From a virus, in the IMG/VR virus record IMGVR_UViG_3300045136_000267: a stretch of DNA of 64,000 nucleotides, one strand, 5' to 3'. A program made the translations under genes and the position numbers. The notes under the pieces were generated by a model. That model was given only the letters and a program-made list of their open reading frames with translations. It was not told where the DNA came from and did no database searches. Shown here piece after piece: positions 49,433 through 60,096 of the stretch. Positions within the stretch are counted from its first letter, which is position 1. Each line of letters starts with the position of its first letter.

Positions 49433-51670
49433 ATGTATGTCTCGAATTTATTTAAACAAATTAATAAAATCATAAACGATACTGTAAAAGTCAATATTAC
49501 ACCTCCTTTCCAGGCTACTGCTCCTTTTTTATTGAAACAGGCCCAGTCTCTAGATAATGTAGGTAATGCTAGAAACTTTGGTACCTCACCTGTAGTAAAA
49601 TTAGCATCCTCAGGAGAATCGAACGAACAACAAAAAACTACTACTCCTACTACTAGTGAGCCACTCGCTTCTTTTTCATATGAAGAATGGCCTAAATTAA
49701 GACATAATTATTTAGGTTATGACCCTAATAAGCCTATTGATGATCAATTAGCAGAGGATAAAATCCCCTCAAATCCAAATGAAGCTTTTAAAAGGCCAGT
49801 TACTATAAGACAACTGCTTTCTCATTACAATACCTGGTTACCTCCATATCATGACTATGTAGTAGCTAACTCTCTAGCACCTATAAATACCGCTGGTAGA
49901 TCTATCATCGAAGATGCAAAAAAGCCTTTATCTCACTCTTTCTCTGATAGATATACTCGTTATCAAATAAATAACCTAGGACATACACCCGCCATTAATC
50001 CTGTATACGGTCTTAGTAGTAAAGACGCATTTATTAATTCATTGAGTCAGGCGGAAGCAGATTACAAAAGCGCAAAAGATAATTATATTAAGGCTCTTGA
50101 ATCAAATGCAACTAGTGAAGATATAACAAAAGCAAGAGCGGCATTTGATAAAGCGGAGAACTATTACGGGCATTTATTACATAGTTATCATAGTTTACTA
50201 AATAGGCCTTTTGGGCATAACTATATTCGGGAAGATGATGTTGAAGGTAATCCTCTTCGTATATTTTCTGAGTCAGACTTACGCCTAGATAATCATCCAG
50301 CAGCTTCCAACGCCCGTAATTTATTGCAACAATCGCCCGAAGTTAGATACATTTTAGCCGAGAAGATGGCAGACTTCTATAAAGATTTGATTAATTTACG
50401 CAATAGCCATCTTTTAGCAGGAAGTCCTATTTATCCACATGATTACGCTACTAAGATTAATGCTCTATTACATAGTAATGTATTTGCACGAGATGTGCTT
50501 GGATATGATTTTCCGGAGATACCTCTTCCAAAAAATGGTAACAAGGAGGAATTTGAAAATGCCTTAAGACTTTTTCAGGAATCGAATAAATTTTTCGACG
50601 CTTTCACGTTGAAGTCAAAGAATCAACCAATTGACCCAGAATATGAACTTAGAGATTTCCCCGCGATACCCTCTACAAATGATATTTCGTATAACTATCC
50701 ATCGTGGCTTAGACCCTGGGCCATATCCCACTCTGCACCTAAAGGAGAAGAAGTTGTAAAAGTAGATTCATATAATCCCGTTGGATTACCTGCTTTTTCG
50801 CCTATTAGAATTTCTACGTCTGAAGATGAGAACAAGGCTCCTACTGAAATTTACATTAGACCTCAAGCTTATAGGGAACTGCCACTTTTTACAGAACAAG
50901 ATACGGGAAGTCAGCAACGGGCTAGAACTTTAGTGCGCAATAAATCTAGAGATATAATACATGATTCGTTAAGTAGCCCTACTACATCTAGCTTAGCTCA
51001 ATTATCCCTACTAGCAAGAGCTGGCTTATTAGAGAAAAATAAATTTTATGCCGTACCTATCGGTGGAAAGCCAAATAATCCACTTTACATGAAAGTTCAA
51101 TATACTGAACCTACTGCTGGCTTTGGTGAAGAAAAGGTAAGTACAGGACCACCTAGCCTACAACCTTTAACTACTGAAACAAAAGACGGGCGTAAACTGC
51201 CCAAGCTCTATGCTCTTAGCCTTGTACCTGTACCAACTGAGAAAGGAATAGTTGTCCAGAGACAAGAAATTCCGATTTCAGAGTCGAGTGTTAAGAGACT
51301 AAATGAGTTCCAAGATAAGCTAGCAAACACGTTAGTAGATGCTAATACATCTACTATAATAAATCATTTGTCATCTGTAGTTCAAAAGCAGTTAAGGGAA
51401 CGTGGCTTGTATCATGAATACCTTGTTGACCAGTATATTTCTAACATACTAAAGGATTATAAGAATGAAATTTCCACTTATAAAGATATGGAAAATTTTA
51501 TTCAATTTGCATTTGATCATCCATCCTTTCCTGGTGGTCCAAATTTAAAAAATGCCGTCTTGGCTGAATTTGCTTCGCCTGGTAAAATTATAGTTGATCC
51601 TAATACTGGCAAACTGTATTTTAATAAAGGCAAAGTTCCTTCATCGTCAACTACTGGTATCGGTAAATAA
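49433..51670 (+). CDS. Large KxA-leader putative virion protein
   Basis: LLKQAQ and VKLASS near the N-terminus. Confidence 0.65.
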   Translation: MYVSNLFKQINKIINDTVKVNITPPFQATAPFLLKQAQSLDNVGNARNFGTSPVVKLASSGESNEQQKTTTPTTSEPLASFSYEEWPKLRHNYLGYDPNKPIDDQLAEDKIPSNPNEAFKRPVTIRQLLSHYNTWLPPYHDYVVANSLAPINTAGRSIIEDAKKPLSHSFSDRYTRYQINNLGHTPAINPVYGLSSKDAFINSLSQAEADYKSAKDNYIKALESNATSEDITKARAAFDKAENYYGHLLHSYHSLLNRPFGHNYIREDDVEGNPLRIFSESDLRLDNHPAASNARNLLQQSPEVRYILAEKMADFYKDLINLRNSHLLAGSPIYPHDYATKINALLHSNVFARDVLGYDFPEIPLPKNGNKEEFENALRLFQESNKFFDAFTLKSKNQPIDPEYELRDFPAIPSTNDISYNYPSWLRPWAISHSAPKGEEVVKVDSYNPVGLPAFSPIRISTSEDENKAPTEIYIRPQAYRELPLFTEQDTGSQQRARTLVRNKSRDIIHDSLSSPTTSSLAQLSLLARAGLLEKNKFYAVPIGGKPNNPLYMKVQYTEPTAGFGEEKVSTGPPSLQPLTTETKDGRKLPKLYALSLVPVPTEKGIVVQRQEIPISESSVKRLNEFQDKLANTLVDANTSTIINHLSSVVQKQLRERGLYHEYLVDQYISNILKDYKNEISTYKDMENFIQFAFDHPSFPGGPNLKNAVLAEFASPGKIIVDPNTGKLYFNKGKVPSSSTTGIGK

Positions 51671-51691
51671 TTAGCGAGGTTTATAATAATC

Positions 51692-52171
51692 ATGAGCAAC
51701 GAGTATTCTTTGGTAGATATAGTTAATCATTTAATTAAATCTAATTTAGAACCTAATCTCCCACTTTTAAAGAGGGCAGATGATCCTCCCGGCGGGAACA
51801 GCACTGGACCTAATACTCTGCCAACTGACGACCCACTAAATCGGTATATGAACTTCGGTATAGAGCAACAACGAGCTGACGCCGCTTTTCGCGAGAGGGT
51901 GCTTGAGAAATGGGGTCCGCTTTGGGACAAACTTGTTGACGCCAGAATTAAGCGTGATGAAACGTCTACCCAATTAGAATCTAAAAAAATCGAGGCAGAC
52001 AGTTGGGCAAAAGTGCTTAGTACTGTGACTCCTTTACTTCTTTTACTCATACAGTTGCGCAGCCTTCGTCAACAAGATCCTTACTTGGGTCCGCATAATA
52101 ATTATTATGATAGACTAGTATCTGGGTTAATGCCTTATGTTAGAAATGGATTTAATTGGTTTTCAGGATAA
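51692..52171 (+). CDS. KxA-leader protein
   Basis: SLVDIVNHLI...LLKRAD. Confidence 0.65.
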   Translation: MSNEYSLVDIVNHLIKSNLEPNLPLLKRADDPPGGNSTGPNTLPTDDPLNRYMNFGIEQQRADAAFRERVLEKWGPLWDKLVDARIKRDETSTQLESKKIEADSWAKVLSTVTPLLLLLIQLRSLRQQDPYLGPHNNYYDRLVSGLMPYVRNGFNWFSG

Positions 52172-52243
52172 AGTAGTATATTAATATTATTAAGTTTGAT
52201 TGAGTTGCCTCTCTCTATTTTTTTTCTATTCATTGGTGTTGGT

Positions 52244-52801
52244 ATGGAAAAAAACGCATATGGGATTGCTATTTCACAAGAAGAACATTCTGCTTGGAAT
52301 AAGCTAGATAAGCAAACTAGAGAATATCTAATTAATAAATATAAATTAGCAGAAATAGATGATGATAGACTCAATAGAGTTAAATTGGCTTACGAAGAAG
52401 CATTATCAATAATAAAACATGGAATTCAAGTTCAAGCACAAGCTACCCTAGTTCCTAGATCTGACTCAAGCCCTTCTACTCCTTTTACTCAAGAAAGTAA
52501 TCCAATTTTGTCAAATAATAAATCTATTAGGCTTAGTTTTTGTGTTGCCTTAGATTCTGAAAATGGTAAGAATATAGTTAATTTAGTAGATATTACTGTT
52601 CCATATTTAGATATTACTGAAGATGAGGATTGTATAGTACTCTCTTTTATGAAAGATATTAAAATTAAATTACCAGACTTTGTGTTGGTTAAATTTAAGC
52701 ATGATATTTTTGATGGTAAAGAACAGATCTTCCTGTTTAAAGCATCTTTTGAATCTAGTAACAAGTTTTTCTTAGTACTGACTACAATTAACCAAGATTA
52801 A
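52244..52801 (+). CDS. Hypothetical protein
   Basis: ORF; ATG at 52244 preferred. Confidence 0.6.
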   Translation: MEKNAYGIAISQEEHSAWNKLDKQTREYLINKYKLAEIDDDRLNRVKLAYEEALSIIKHGIQVQAQATLVPRSDSSPSTPFTQESNPILSNNKSIRLSFCVALDSENGKNIVNLVDITVPYLDITEDEDCIVLSFMKDIKIKLPDFVLVKFKHDIFDGKEQIFLFKASFESSNKFFLVLTTINQD

Positions 52802-52827
52802 GTGAATAATACTTGTAGGTAATAACA

Positions 52828-53430
52828 ATGCCGCTTTTTTTAACTACAGAAGCTAGAAATCGGGCCGTAGATGGGTTGACTTTTCCTATCCGTACTACCG
52901 GTGGTAATCAAGCTGGTACTTTGGAGATATTAGACAATATGTATGTTCCTCTTGTTACGTTTCAAAATGTAAAAATGTTTCCTGCTAGTGGTGGTGTAGC
53001 TAATTCAACAACCATCGCCGATACTCCAGCAACATTTGGAGGTACTGCTGTTGCATGGATGCTTAAAGAGGGTAATGGTACTCTCATAATCAGTGGAAAT
53101 GTAGGTCAAAGATATAAATTAATAGATGTAAATAAATCAGCAGGTACCGTTAAAGTAAAGGGAAATAAGACTGCAATCTTTACAGATAAAATTAATGTTA
53201 CATTACATAATAGTACAAATACTACATTGAATGTATATACTTTGCTAGGAGCGCCTGGATCCTCTTACAATTCTACTTTAGATGAAACTACTATTTTTAT
53301 AGGGGAGAATATTAGTCCATATACTGGTACATGGACTCACATTCATACTGGTGAAGCTGGCTTAGATAATGTTCTTATCGCAGAAGATCAGATAGTTAGA
53401 TTACCTGTTTTGAGAATAACGATAAGGTGA
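52828..53430 (+). CDS. Putative tail/virion structural protein
   Basis: Beta-rich and T/G-rich; N-terminus LTTEARNRAVDG resembles phage tail accessory proteins. Confidence 0.5.
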   Translation: MPLFLTTEARNRAVDGLTFPIRTTGGNQAGTLEILDNMYVPLVTFQNVKMFPASGGVANSTTIADTPATFGGTAVAWMLKEGNGTLIISGNVGQRYKLIDVNKSAGTVKVKGNKTAIFTDKINVTLHNSTNTTLNVYTLLGAPGSSYNSTLDETTIFIGENISPYTGTWTHIHTGEAGLDNVLIAEDQIVRLPVLRITIR

Positions 53431-53439
53431 TAATAAGAT

Positions 53440-53859
53440 ATGGGTAGCATCTATACACATACTTCTGCAGAAAATAAAGGTCATATAATAGTTAATGCAA
53501 CTGCAACACCTAGTACAGCTTTATACTCTACTCCATTTGATAATTCTTCAGATCTGAATAAGTTTATGTATGCAGATTTTAAAATAACATATGTTCCTAC
53601 TTCTGGTGCACCAACATTGTCTCCTTTTTTAAATTTATACTTAATTTATTCTTTAGATGGTGGCGTAAGCTACGATAGCTACGAAGTATCGCCTGTTATA
53701 GATGTTGTACCAATTAGAGATAACATTGCAATCAAACTAGTAAAGAATATTTTTATCTTGCCTTATCCATTTAAATTAGTTGTGTTAAATATATCTAATC
53801 AGGAGTGCATAGTAAGTGCAGAACTATATACTAGACATATGGAGTTTAAGTTAGTGTAA
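53440..53859 (+). CDS. Putative virion beta-sandwich protein
   Basis: LYLIYSLDGGVSY...ILPYPFKLVVLN. Confidence 0.5.
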   Translation: MGSIYTHTSAENKGHIIVNATATPSTALYSTPFDNSSDLNKFMYADFKITYVPTSGAPTLSPFLNLYLIYSLDGGVSYDSYEVSPVIDVVPIRDNIAIKLVKNIFILPYPFKLVVLNISNQECIVSAELYTRHMEFKLV

Positions 53860-53877
53860 TCTATACTAGAATGAGTA

Positions 53878-55227
53878 ATGTTGGTTCCTCATATAGGGTT
53901 AAATTGGAGTCCAATAAGAAGTTTACACGGATATTCTACACATTTATTGATGGGGATAATTCCATCTGAAAGATTCTTCTCTTCTATAGGCTATAACCCT
54001 GTAACTTATTCTTTAGACTTTAGTGACGCTTCATTTAATGATTTCAAATTTGCTACTTCTACTTTAGATGCCCATCGCGGTATACCTGCTTTTCCTAAGC
54101 TGCCTCCAACTTCGACACTAAAATTTGAATCTGAAATTCCATTAACAAATGAATTTACGCTTCTTTTTGCTATTAGGCCTGTAATTATAGATAATTTTAA
54201 TCCAAGTGTAACTAAAGTACCTAAATTTACTTTATCTATCCCAGAATTAGACTTCTCTGTAACTGTAGATAATGAAATACCAAACAAAATTACTGCTACT
54301 AATCAGATACATACATTTTATTTAACTGGTTTTTTATCTAAGAATAATTGGAATTGGGTAGCTCTTTCTTCTGTTAGAAAGACTAGAAGGTTACATACAT
54401 TTCCACTTACAGTAAAACCTCCTTCTATTACACAAAGTACAACTATTGATTTTGATGCAGTTGAGTACGAAGGTCCTATTACGATAGAAATAAAATATGA
54501 GAGAAATTCTGCTCCAAACGATGATCCACCAGTAGAACCATATGATTCTACTTTACTTGGACCTGTTTTCTTACTAAACAAAGATCTTTCTTATGTCGAA
54601 ACATCAAATTTGATATCTATTATTCAACCAGAGAATCATAAGTTATTTAATCAGGCTGAAGGTACTAATTTACTATTCTTATCTTTTGCTGCTAATGAAC
54701 TTACAGTATCACCTGATCACTTTTTACGAAACCAAATTAAATTTGATGCATACATAGATAGTAATATTGAAAGTTCAACTATTGCTTATCTTGATCAATG
54801 GTTTGCTGCTGACGCTTCTCTTAATGTTGAGGTCACTACTGATATACAACACAGTCCTGATACTGAATTCTACAATTTTGTAACAGGATCTTTACCATTC
54901 ATTCTCGTTCCTACTAACTATACACATGAAGTAAATATTTCTGCTGATGTATTACTCGATTTCTATCCTACAATAGATTTTTATAATATCATTTATGTAC
55001 CTACTGAAAATCCAGTAGAACTTGATTATACGTATGCCCCGATGCTACGTATTCCTATCCATATGCAATTGACTATTACTTTTACTTCTTTTAGAATGGG
55101 CACTGTAAGTGTACCTATAGTACTTAAGCAGGCTAGTTGGTTGTCTATTTCCTCAGCAGAAGAAAGAGCTAGGTTTGCTAGAGATCCTAACAAAATTATT
55201 GTGTTTCCTTATCACAAGAGCAGGTAA
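53878..55227 (+). CDS. Putative virion protein, possibly LamG-like N-terminal half
   Basis: FTLLFAIRP...NNWNWVAL...PVFLLNKDLS pattern; weak call. Confidence 0.45.
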   Translation: MLVPHIGLNWSPIRSLHGYSTHLLMGIIPSERFFSSIGYNPVTYSLDFSDASFNDFKFATSTLDAHRGIPAFPKLPPTSTLKFESEIPLTNEFTLLFAIRPVIIDNFNPSVTKVPKFTLSIPELDFSVTVDNEIPNKITATNQIHTFYLTGFLSKNNWNWVALSSVRKTRRLHTFPLTVKPPSITQSTTIDFDAVEYEGPITIEIKYERNSAPNDDPPVEPYDSTLLGPVFLLNKDLSYVETSNLISIIQPENHKLFNQAEGTNLLFLSFAANELTVSPDHFLRNQIKFDAYIDSNIESSTIAYLDQWFAADASLNVEVTTDIQHSPDTEFYNFVTGSLPFILVPTNYTHEVNISADVLLDFYPTIDFYNIIYVPTENPVELDYTYAPMLRIPIHMQLTITFTSFRMGTVSVPIVLKQASWLSISSAEERARFARDPNKIIVFPYHKSR

Positions 55228-55230
55228 TAT

Positions 55231-57900
55231 ATGGCATTCCAAGAATTTGATGTAAGTCAACCTATAACCAATAGACTATCTCATCTAAATCCATTCTTGG
55301 ATTATTCTAGCCTATTCCAACCGTCAAACTGGACTAATGCTCTACGGTGGTGTCATCATCCTAATACTTGGATAGAATGCGATTCTAATATAAAGCCTAT
55401 TACACAACTTTCAGTAGGAGATAAAGTACTTGCAGATAACGGTAAATATTTAGAAGTTACTAATATAATCTCCAGAGAATATTCTGGGGATATGGTAAGA
55501 ATATATCCACATGGCGGTTTCCACTTAGATGTAACCGCAGACCACAAGGTTTATGTAATATTTGATAATTTCTCTGATGTACAACTTATCCCAGCAGTAG
55601 ATGTTACACCAGATCATTACATTTTAGTTCCATCTCGGAAAAGTAATTCTGCTGAAGTTAATGCTTCAGAAGGAATGTCTTTTATAAAGCTATCTAAAGA
55701 ATCTATTACTCTTCATAACGAATTGTTAAGAATAAATAATACCGACTTGATTCATAACTATCTACGCTTTTTAGTTGATAACTACAAAACTAGAGAAGAT
55801 TCTAATTGGTACTATCTTAAATTAGATGGAATTCCTGTATCAGATGCTTTTCCCGTAGTTTATTCATTAAATAGATTCTTAGACTCTATTGGAATGGTAT
55901 CTTATGTAGATGAATTATTTGAAATAAAGATAAAGAGAGATCTCCTATTTCCGATTCTTAACGACCCTTTTGTACCTAAACCTAGGACTACATTTTCTAA
56001 AGATGTTGTCTACAAAGACGGTTATATCTTTAGAAGGGTTAAACAAGTATTACATTATCACTACACTGGACCGGTATACAGTTTAACTATTGCAGATTTA
56101 CACAAATATGTAGCTAACGGCGTTCTCGTTGCCAATTGTGAGTACATTGTTATTAAGAGCGGAATTTTACGTTCTGCCATAGATAGAATTATCAGTTTCT
56201 TCATTACAGATATAGAAGTAGAGAACGCAGATAATTCTCTTAGAAAGAAATATTATGATTATCTTGTCAATGATCTGAGAATTAAGGAATTCTTAAGATA
56301 TTGTGCTTTTGATTACATAACTTATGGTAATTTCTTTGTTTCTGTTTTACCATCTATAAATAGAATAGCACGATGTCCCGAATGTAGTTTCACTAAATCT
56401 ATTAGTAAATTTAATAACAGAATTAAATATTCTAATGGTAAATTCCAAGGAATATGTGATAGTTGTGAAAAACATGTAGAGTTTAAAACCAAGGAATATA
56501 AAGATAAGAATAGTAAATTAATACTTAAAAGGTGGAAAATTTATGATATCAGATTATTTGAATTTGATGACTTTACTGGCAATTACGACATTCTATGGGT
56601 AATTCCTCAGGAATATAAAGAATTTATAAGAAATAAAGCTACTAATAGAACTATTGGATCAGTACCTAGAGAAGTGCTTGACGCTGTTGATACTAATTCT
56701 GATTTAAAATTTAACAGAGATACTATTTATCATGGGAAAGAAGAATCTTTGAGTGGAGTAAGACTCAAGGGTTGGGGATTAAGTAGAATCTTTTCTTGCA
56801 TCCAACAAGCATGGTACGTACAAGTGCTTCATAGAATGAATGAGGCTATTGCTTTAGACTATGTACTACCATTAAGAATTATTACTCCTATGCCTAGATC
56901 TTCTATGGAAGGTGGTGATCCTATTAGAGATATCAACTTCGGCGGTTTCTCTGCTAGATTAGCTTCTATTTTAGATATGCGTAGAAGGGATCCTACTTTG
57001 TGGCATATTTCTCCATATCCACTTGATTATAAATCTATTGGTGGAGATGGTAGAAATCTTGCTCCAAGAGAAATGTTTGAATTTGCAGTAGATCAGTTAT
57101 TAAATAGTCTGAGCATTCCAATTGAATTCTACAAAGGATCAATTCAAGTAAGCTCGGCCCCTTTTGCTATGAGAGTATTAAATTCTAACTGGAATCATTT
57201 AGTAGGAGCACTTAATGGTTTCTTATCTTGGTTATCAAATAGAATTTCTTCAGAATTAGATTGGGAACCTGTAAGAGTTAGACTAGCCTCTCCGACTCAC
57301 GTTGATGACATTAATACTCAGATGCTTAAGTCTAGACTTGCTATGAGTGGTCAGCTAAGTAAGGATGAAATGTTTAGCTCTATGGGTATGAACTATGAAG
57401 AAGATCTCAGGAGACAGTTAGAAGAGCAGATCCTGTCTGCTCAAGAGACTAATAAAGCTCAAGAAAGAATAGAAAAACTAAATCTAGGTAAAGACATGGC
57501 CTCTGGAGCTTACATGCAGCAAATGCAACAACAAGCTCCTCCAGGAGGCGTAGGAGGCGCTCCTGGTGGAGGAGGTGGTGCACCCCCACAACAGGGCGCT
57601 TCAATGGCTTATGATCCTGTATCTCAAATCTTGGCTAGCTTACCACAAGGTCCCATGCAAAATGTTAATCCTATGGAGCTAGATAATCTAGCTACACAGG
57701 TAGCTCTGTCTATTAGAGGTAGACCCGAGCCTGAGAAGGATTCCTTGTTGAGGCAGCTTAAGGTTAAGAATGAAATGCTATGGATGGTAGTTAAAGAGAA
57801 ATTGAATGATATGAGGGCTGCGGATAGCCGCCAAGGAGTAATTATGGGACAGCAACAAGCGGCTCAAGCAGCTGCCGGTTCTGTACAACCTCCTATGTAG
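55231..57900 (+). CDS. Portal-like protein containing an intein
   Basis: After intein removal: NPFLDY...ALRW/CEY, AIDRIISFFITD, DYITYGNFFVS, GWGLSRI, EAIALDYVLPLRII. CxxC...CxxC insertion; Q/G/P-rich tail. Confidence 0.62.
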   Translation: MAFQEFDVSQPITNRLSHLNPFLDYSSLFQPSNWTNALRWCHHPNTWIECDSNIKPITQLSVGDKVLADNGKYLEVTNIISREYSGDMVRIYPHGGFHLDVTADHKVYVIFDNFSDVQLIPAVDVTPDHYILVPSRKSNSAEVNASEGMSFIKLSKESITLHNELLRINNTDLIHNYLRFLVDNYKTREDSNWYYLKLDGIPVSDAFPVVYSLNRFLDSIGMVSYVDELFEIKIKRDLLFPILNDPFVPKPRTTFSKDVVYKDGYIFRRVKQVLHYHYTGPVYSLTIADLHKYVANGVLVANCEYIVIKSGILRSAIDRIISFFITDIEVENADNSLRKKYYDYLVNDLRIKEFLRYCAFDYITYGNFFVSVLPSINRIARCPECSFTKSISKFNNRIKYSNGKFQGICDSCEKHVEFKTKEYKDKNSKLILKRWKIYDIRLFEFDDFTGNYDILWVIPQEYKEFIRNKATNRTIGSVPREVLDAVDTNSDLKFNRDTIYHGKEESLSGVRLKGWGLSRIFSCIQQAWYVQVLHRMNEAIALDYVLPLRIITPMPRSSMEGGDPIRDINFGGFSARLASILDMRRRDPTLWHISPYPLDYKSIGGDGRNLAPREMFEFAVDQLLNSLSIPIEFYKGSIQVSSAPFAMRVLNSNWNHLVGALNGFLSWLSNRISSELDWEPVRVRLASPTHVDDINTQMLKSRLAMSGQLSKDEMFSSMGMNYEEDLRRQLEEQILSAQETNKAQERIEKLNLGKDMASGAYMQQMQQQAPPGGVGGAPGGGGGAPPQQGASMAYDPVSQILASLPQGPMQNVNPMELDNLATQVALSIRGRPEPEKDSLLRQLKVKNEMLWMVVKEKLNDMRAADSRQGVIMGQQQAAQAAAGSVQPPM
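55351..56136 (+). mobile_element. Intein (262 aa) in the portal-like gene
   Basis: Block A CHHPNTWI, PITQLSVGDKVL, block B VTADHKV, block F/G VYSLTIADLHKYVANGVLVAN followed by +1 Cys. Confidence 0.9.
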
Positions 57901-58025
57901 TAAATTAATACTAACGACATAATGCAGACAAGATACTAGCTGTTGCTTTTTATTAAATTACTAGTTTATATTTAAATTTGTGAATTTGTTTCATACCCAC
58001 TATTTTTAATTGGAGAAATAAAGAA

Positions 58026-58313
58026 ATGGATGAAAATTATCTACTTCCTGACGGTTTTGTAGCTTTTGAACCAGACCCTGATGCTAAACCTATCATAGTA
58101 GAAGGTAATGAAAATGGACCTCAGCTTGATGGTTTCGTGCCTTTAAAGCCTGTACCTTCCAATCCAGTTAGATCTGGGGAACCTGAGGTAGTAGAAGTTA
58201 AAAGTGAAGATGTATCTGAACTTAAATCTGAAGATGCTCCTAGGAGACGTAGAAGGCGTACTGAAGAAGTTGTCCCAGAAAATTCTCCTGAAGAGAATGT
58301 AACAAATGAGTGA
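58026..58313 (+). CDS. Small acidic disordered protein
   Basis: GGAG SD; contains an RRRRRR motif. Confidence 0.6.
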   Translation: MDENYLLPDGFVAFEPDPDAKPIIVEGNENGPQLDGFVPLKPVPSNPVRSGEPEVVEVKSEDVSELKSEDAPRRRRRRTEEVVPENSPEENVTNE

Positions 58314-58423
58314 TGACGATCATAAGATAGCCGCTTTTTTGTTTTCTATATCACCAGAAGTTGTGATAACTCTCATGACTCTAGTAGAAAGCGCTGTAGT
58401 TATTAAGAATCAAGAGGAAAGAA

Positions 58424-58831
58424 ATGCCTCTAAAGAGTAAAGCGCAGTTGAGGAAGCTATATGTACTAGAATCTGAAGGTAAAGTACCAAAGGGTACTGC
58501 AAAGAAATGGTTGAAACATACTAAGAATTATAAAGCTCTACCAGAAAGGAAGTCTAAAAAGAAAGCAAGTTTTGCTATCGACTTTTGTAAGTTTATGTTA
58601 AAATTATCAAGTTTAGAAACGAATCTTCCTAACAAAAAATTAGTACCATTACCTAAATTATCAATTACTCCTGGTACACCTAATATGGTTAAAGTATTAA
58701 ATACGATATCTAGAAATCCATATAGAAATGAAGTCAATATCGGTAGTATCATGGATTCGTTACGCGAAGGATTAGGTCCTTTTGCTAGCAAAATATTGAA
58801 AAAGCCACAATCACCTAAAAAACAAGTTTAA
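58424..58831 (+). CDS. Basic phage protein of the MP(L/F)KSKAQ type
   Basis: MPLKSKAQLRKLY...AKKW...LPERK, then KKASF. Confidence 0.7.
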   Translation: MPLKSKAQLRKLYVLESEGKVPKGTAKKWLKHTKNYKALPERKSKKKASFAIDFCKFMLKLSSLETNLPNKKLVPLPKLSITPGTPNMVKVLNTISRNPYRNEVNIGSIMDSLREGLGPFASKILKKPQSPKKQV

Positions 58832-58857
58832 ACGCATAGAGAACGAGGTAGCTAAAA

Positions 58858-60072
58858 ATGGATTTGCTACATTTGTATTTAACTAAATATGCTAAGAAAG
58901 CAGCGGATGGAGGTGAACGTAGTTTAGATGCTCTCTCGTCTTCTGTAGGAATGGAATCTGATTCGGATACTACTGATTCTGCTCCTGCGGCTGGAGGTCT
59001 CTCGACAGGTACTAGAGGCGCTACAGCAGCTACTACTGGAAGCACTGCTGTAGGGCCTGCTACTGGAAGTCCTGCTGCAGGTACTGCTGTAGGGCCTGCT
59101 ACTGGAAGTCCTGCTGCAGGTACTGCTGTAGGGCCTGCTACTGGAAGTACAACTGCAGGTACTGCTGCCGGTACTACTGGAAGTACAACTGCAGGTTTTA
59201 CACCTACCTCTGTAGCCGGAATTACTTCTCTTGAGCATATTCCTCCTTTTATTCTTTATGAATTAATTAATGAAGTTCTTCGTAGAGATTATAATAGTGG
59301 GTATAGAAACCCAATGCAATTTCGTCACGAAGAAATGAAGAAAGTAGACGAAGTGGCTAGAACAGCCTTAGATGAAGTCTTTAAGTCATTGCCTGAAATA
59401 GATAATCCAATAAACAACATATTAAAGGATGCACGGAGAGAACGGGAAGAACTTATGCGCCGTGGGGCACAAGCTGTGCTAGATTCTTATGCGGGTTATC
59501 GTACTTTGCAGGCAGCTCGTGGAATATATCCTAGAAATCCAGAAGCGGCTAATGTTCTTCAGAGTGAAAAACGTAGAAGGATCTTGGAACAAAGAATGTA
59601 CAATCATACTCTTGTTGCAAAGGAACGAGAAGCACACATTCAGGCTCTAGCACAGACTGTAAAAGGCTTAAAAGAGACAGCTCCTGTTCCATCTTTTGAC
59701 GAAGTATTTGACTATGCTAAGCTTATAGTTCCAAACACCTTTGGGATAACAGGTTATCCTAATAAAGCGAGAGCAAATGTAATACTAAAAGATTTAGCGC
59801 GTTATGCAGCACTTAGAGAAGATCCTGATTCTGAAGGAGTAGTTAATGGTGTAGCTGCTGCTCTTGATAGACTAAAGAGCGGGCCCGTATCTCAAGTAGG
59901 AAGAGCAAGAGATGAATATATTGTTGAAAGGGGCCTTAAGTATCTATCAGAGAAGTCTAACCTTAATGAAACTACCCTTATGAATGTATTTGGGGCTGGC
60001 AATTCTGAGTATAAGCATGTTGTAGCAAATGTCGTTCGTGATGCTGAAACGAGAAGGAAACTAGGCCTTTAG
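58858..60072 (+). CDS. KxA-leader putative virion protein with 13-aa tandem repeats
   Basis: YLTKYAKKAAD; TAVGPATGSPAAG repeated. Confidence 0.7.
   Translation: MDLLHLYLTKYAKKAADGGERSLDALSSSVGMESDSDTTDSAPAAGGLSTGTRGATAATTGSTAVGPATGSPAAGTAVGPATGSPAAGTAVGPATGSTTAGTAAGTTGSTTAGFTPTSVAGITSLEHIPPFILYELINEVLRRDYNSGYRNPMQFRHEEMKKVDEVARTALDEVFKSLPEIDNPINNILKDARREREELMRRGAQAVLDSYAGYRTLQAARGIYPRNPEAANVLQSEKRRRILEQRMYNHTLVAKEREAHIQALAQTVKGLKETAPVPSFDEVFDYAKLIVPNTFGITGYPNKARANVILKDLARYAALREDPDSEGVVNGVAAALDRLKSGPVSQVGRARDEYIVERGLKYLSEKSNLNETTLMNVFGAGNSEYKHVVANVVRDAETRRKLGL
59044..59195 (+). repeat. 39-bp in-frame tandem repeat
   Basis: ACTGCTGTAGGGCCTGCTACTGGAAGTCCTGCTGCAGGT, about 3 copies plus a degenerate copy. 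Confidence 0.85.
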
Positions 60073-60096
60073 TACTAAACCTGCTTCTGACTAACA

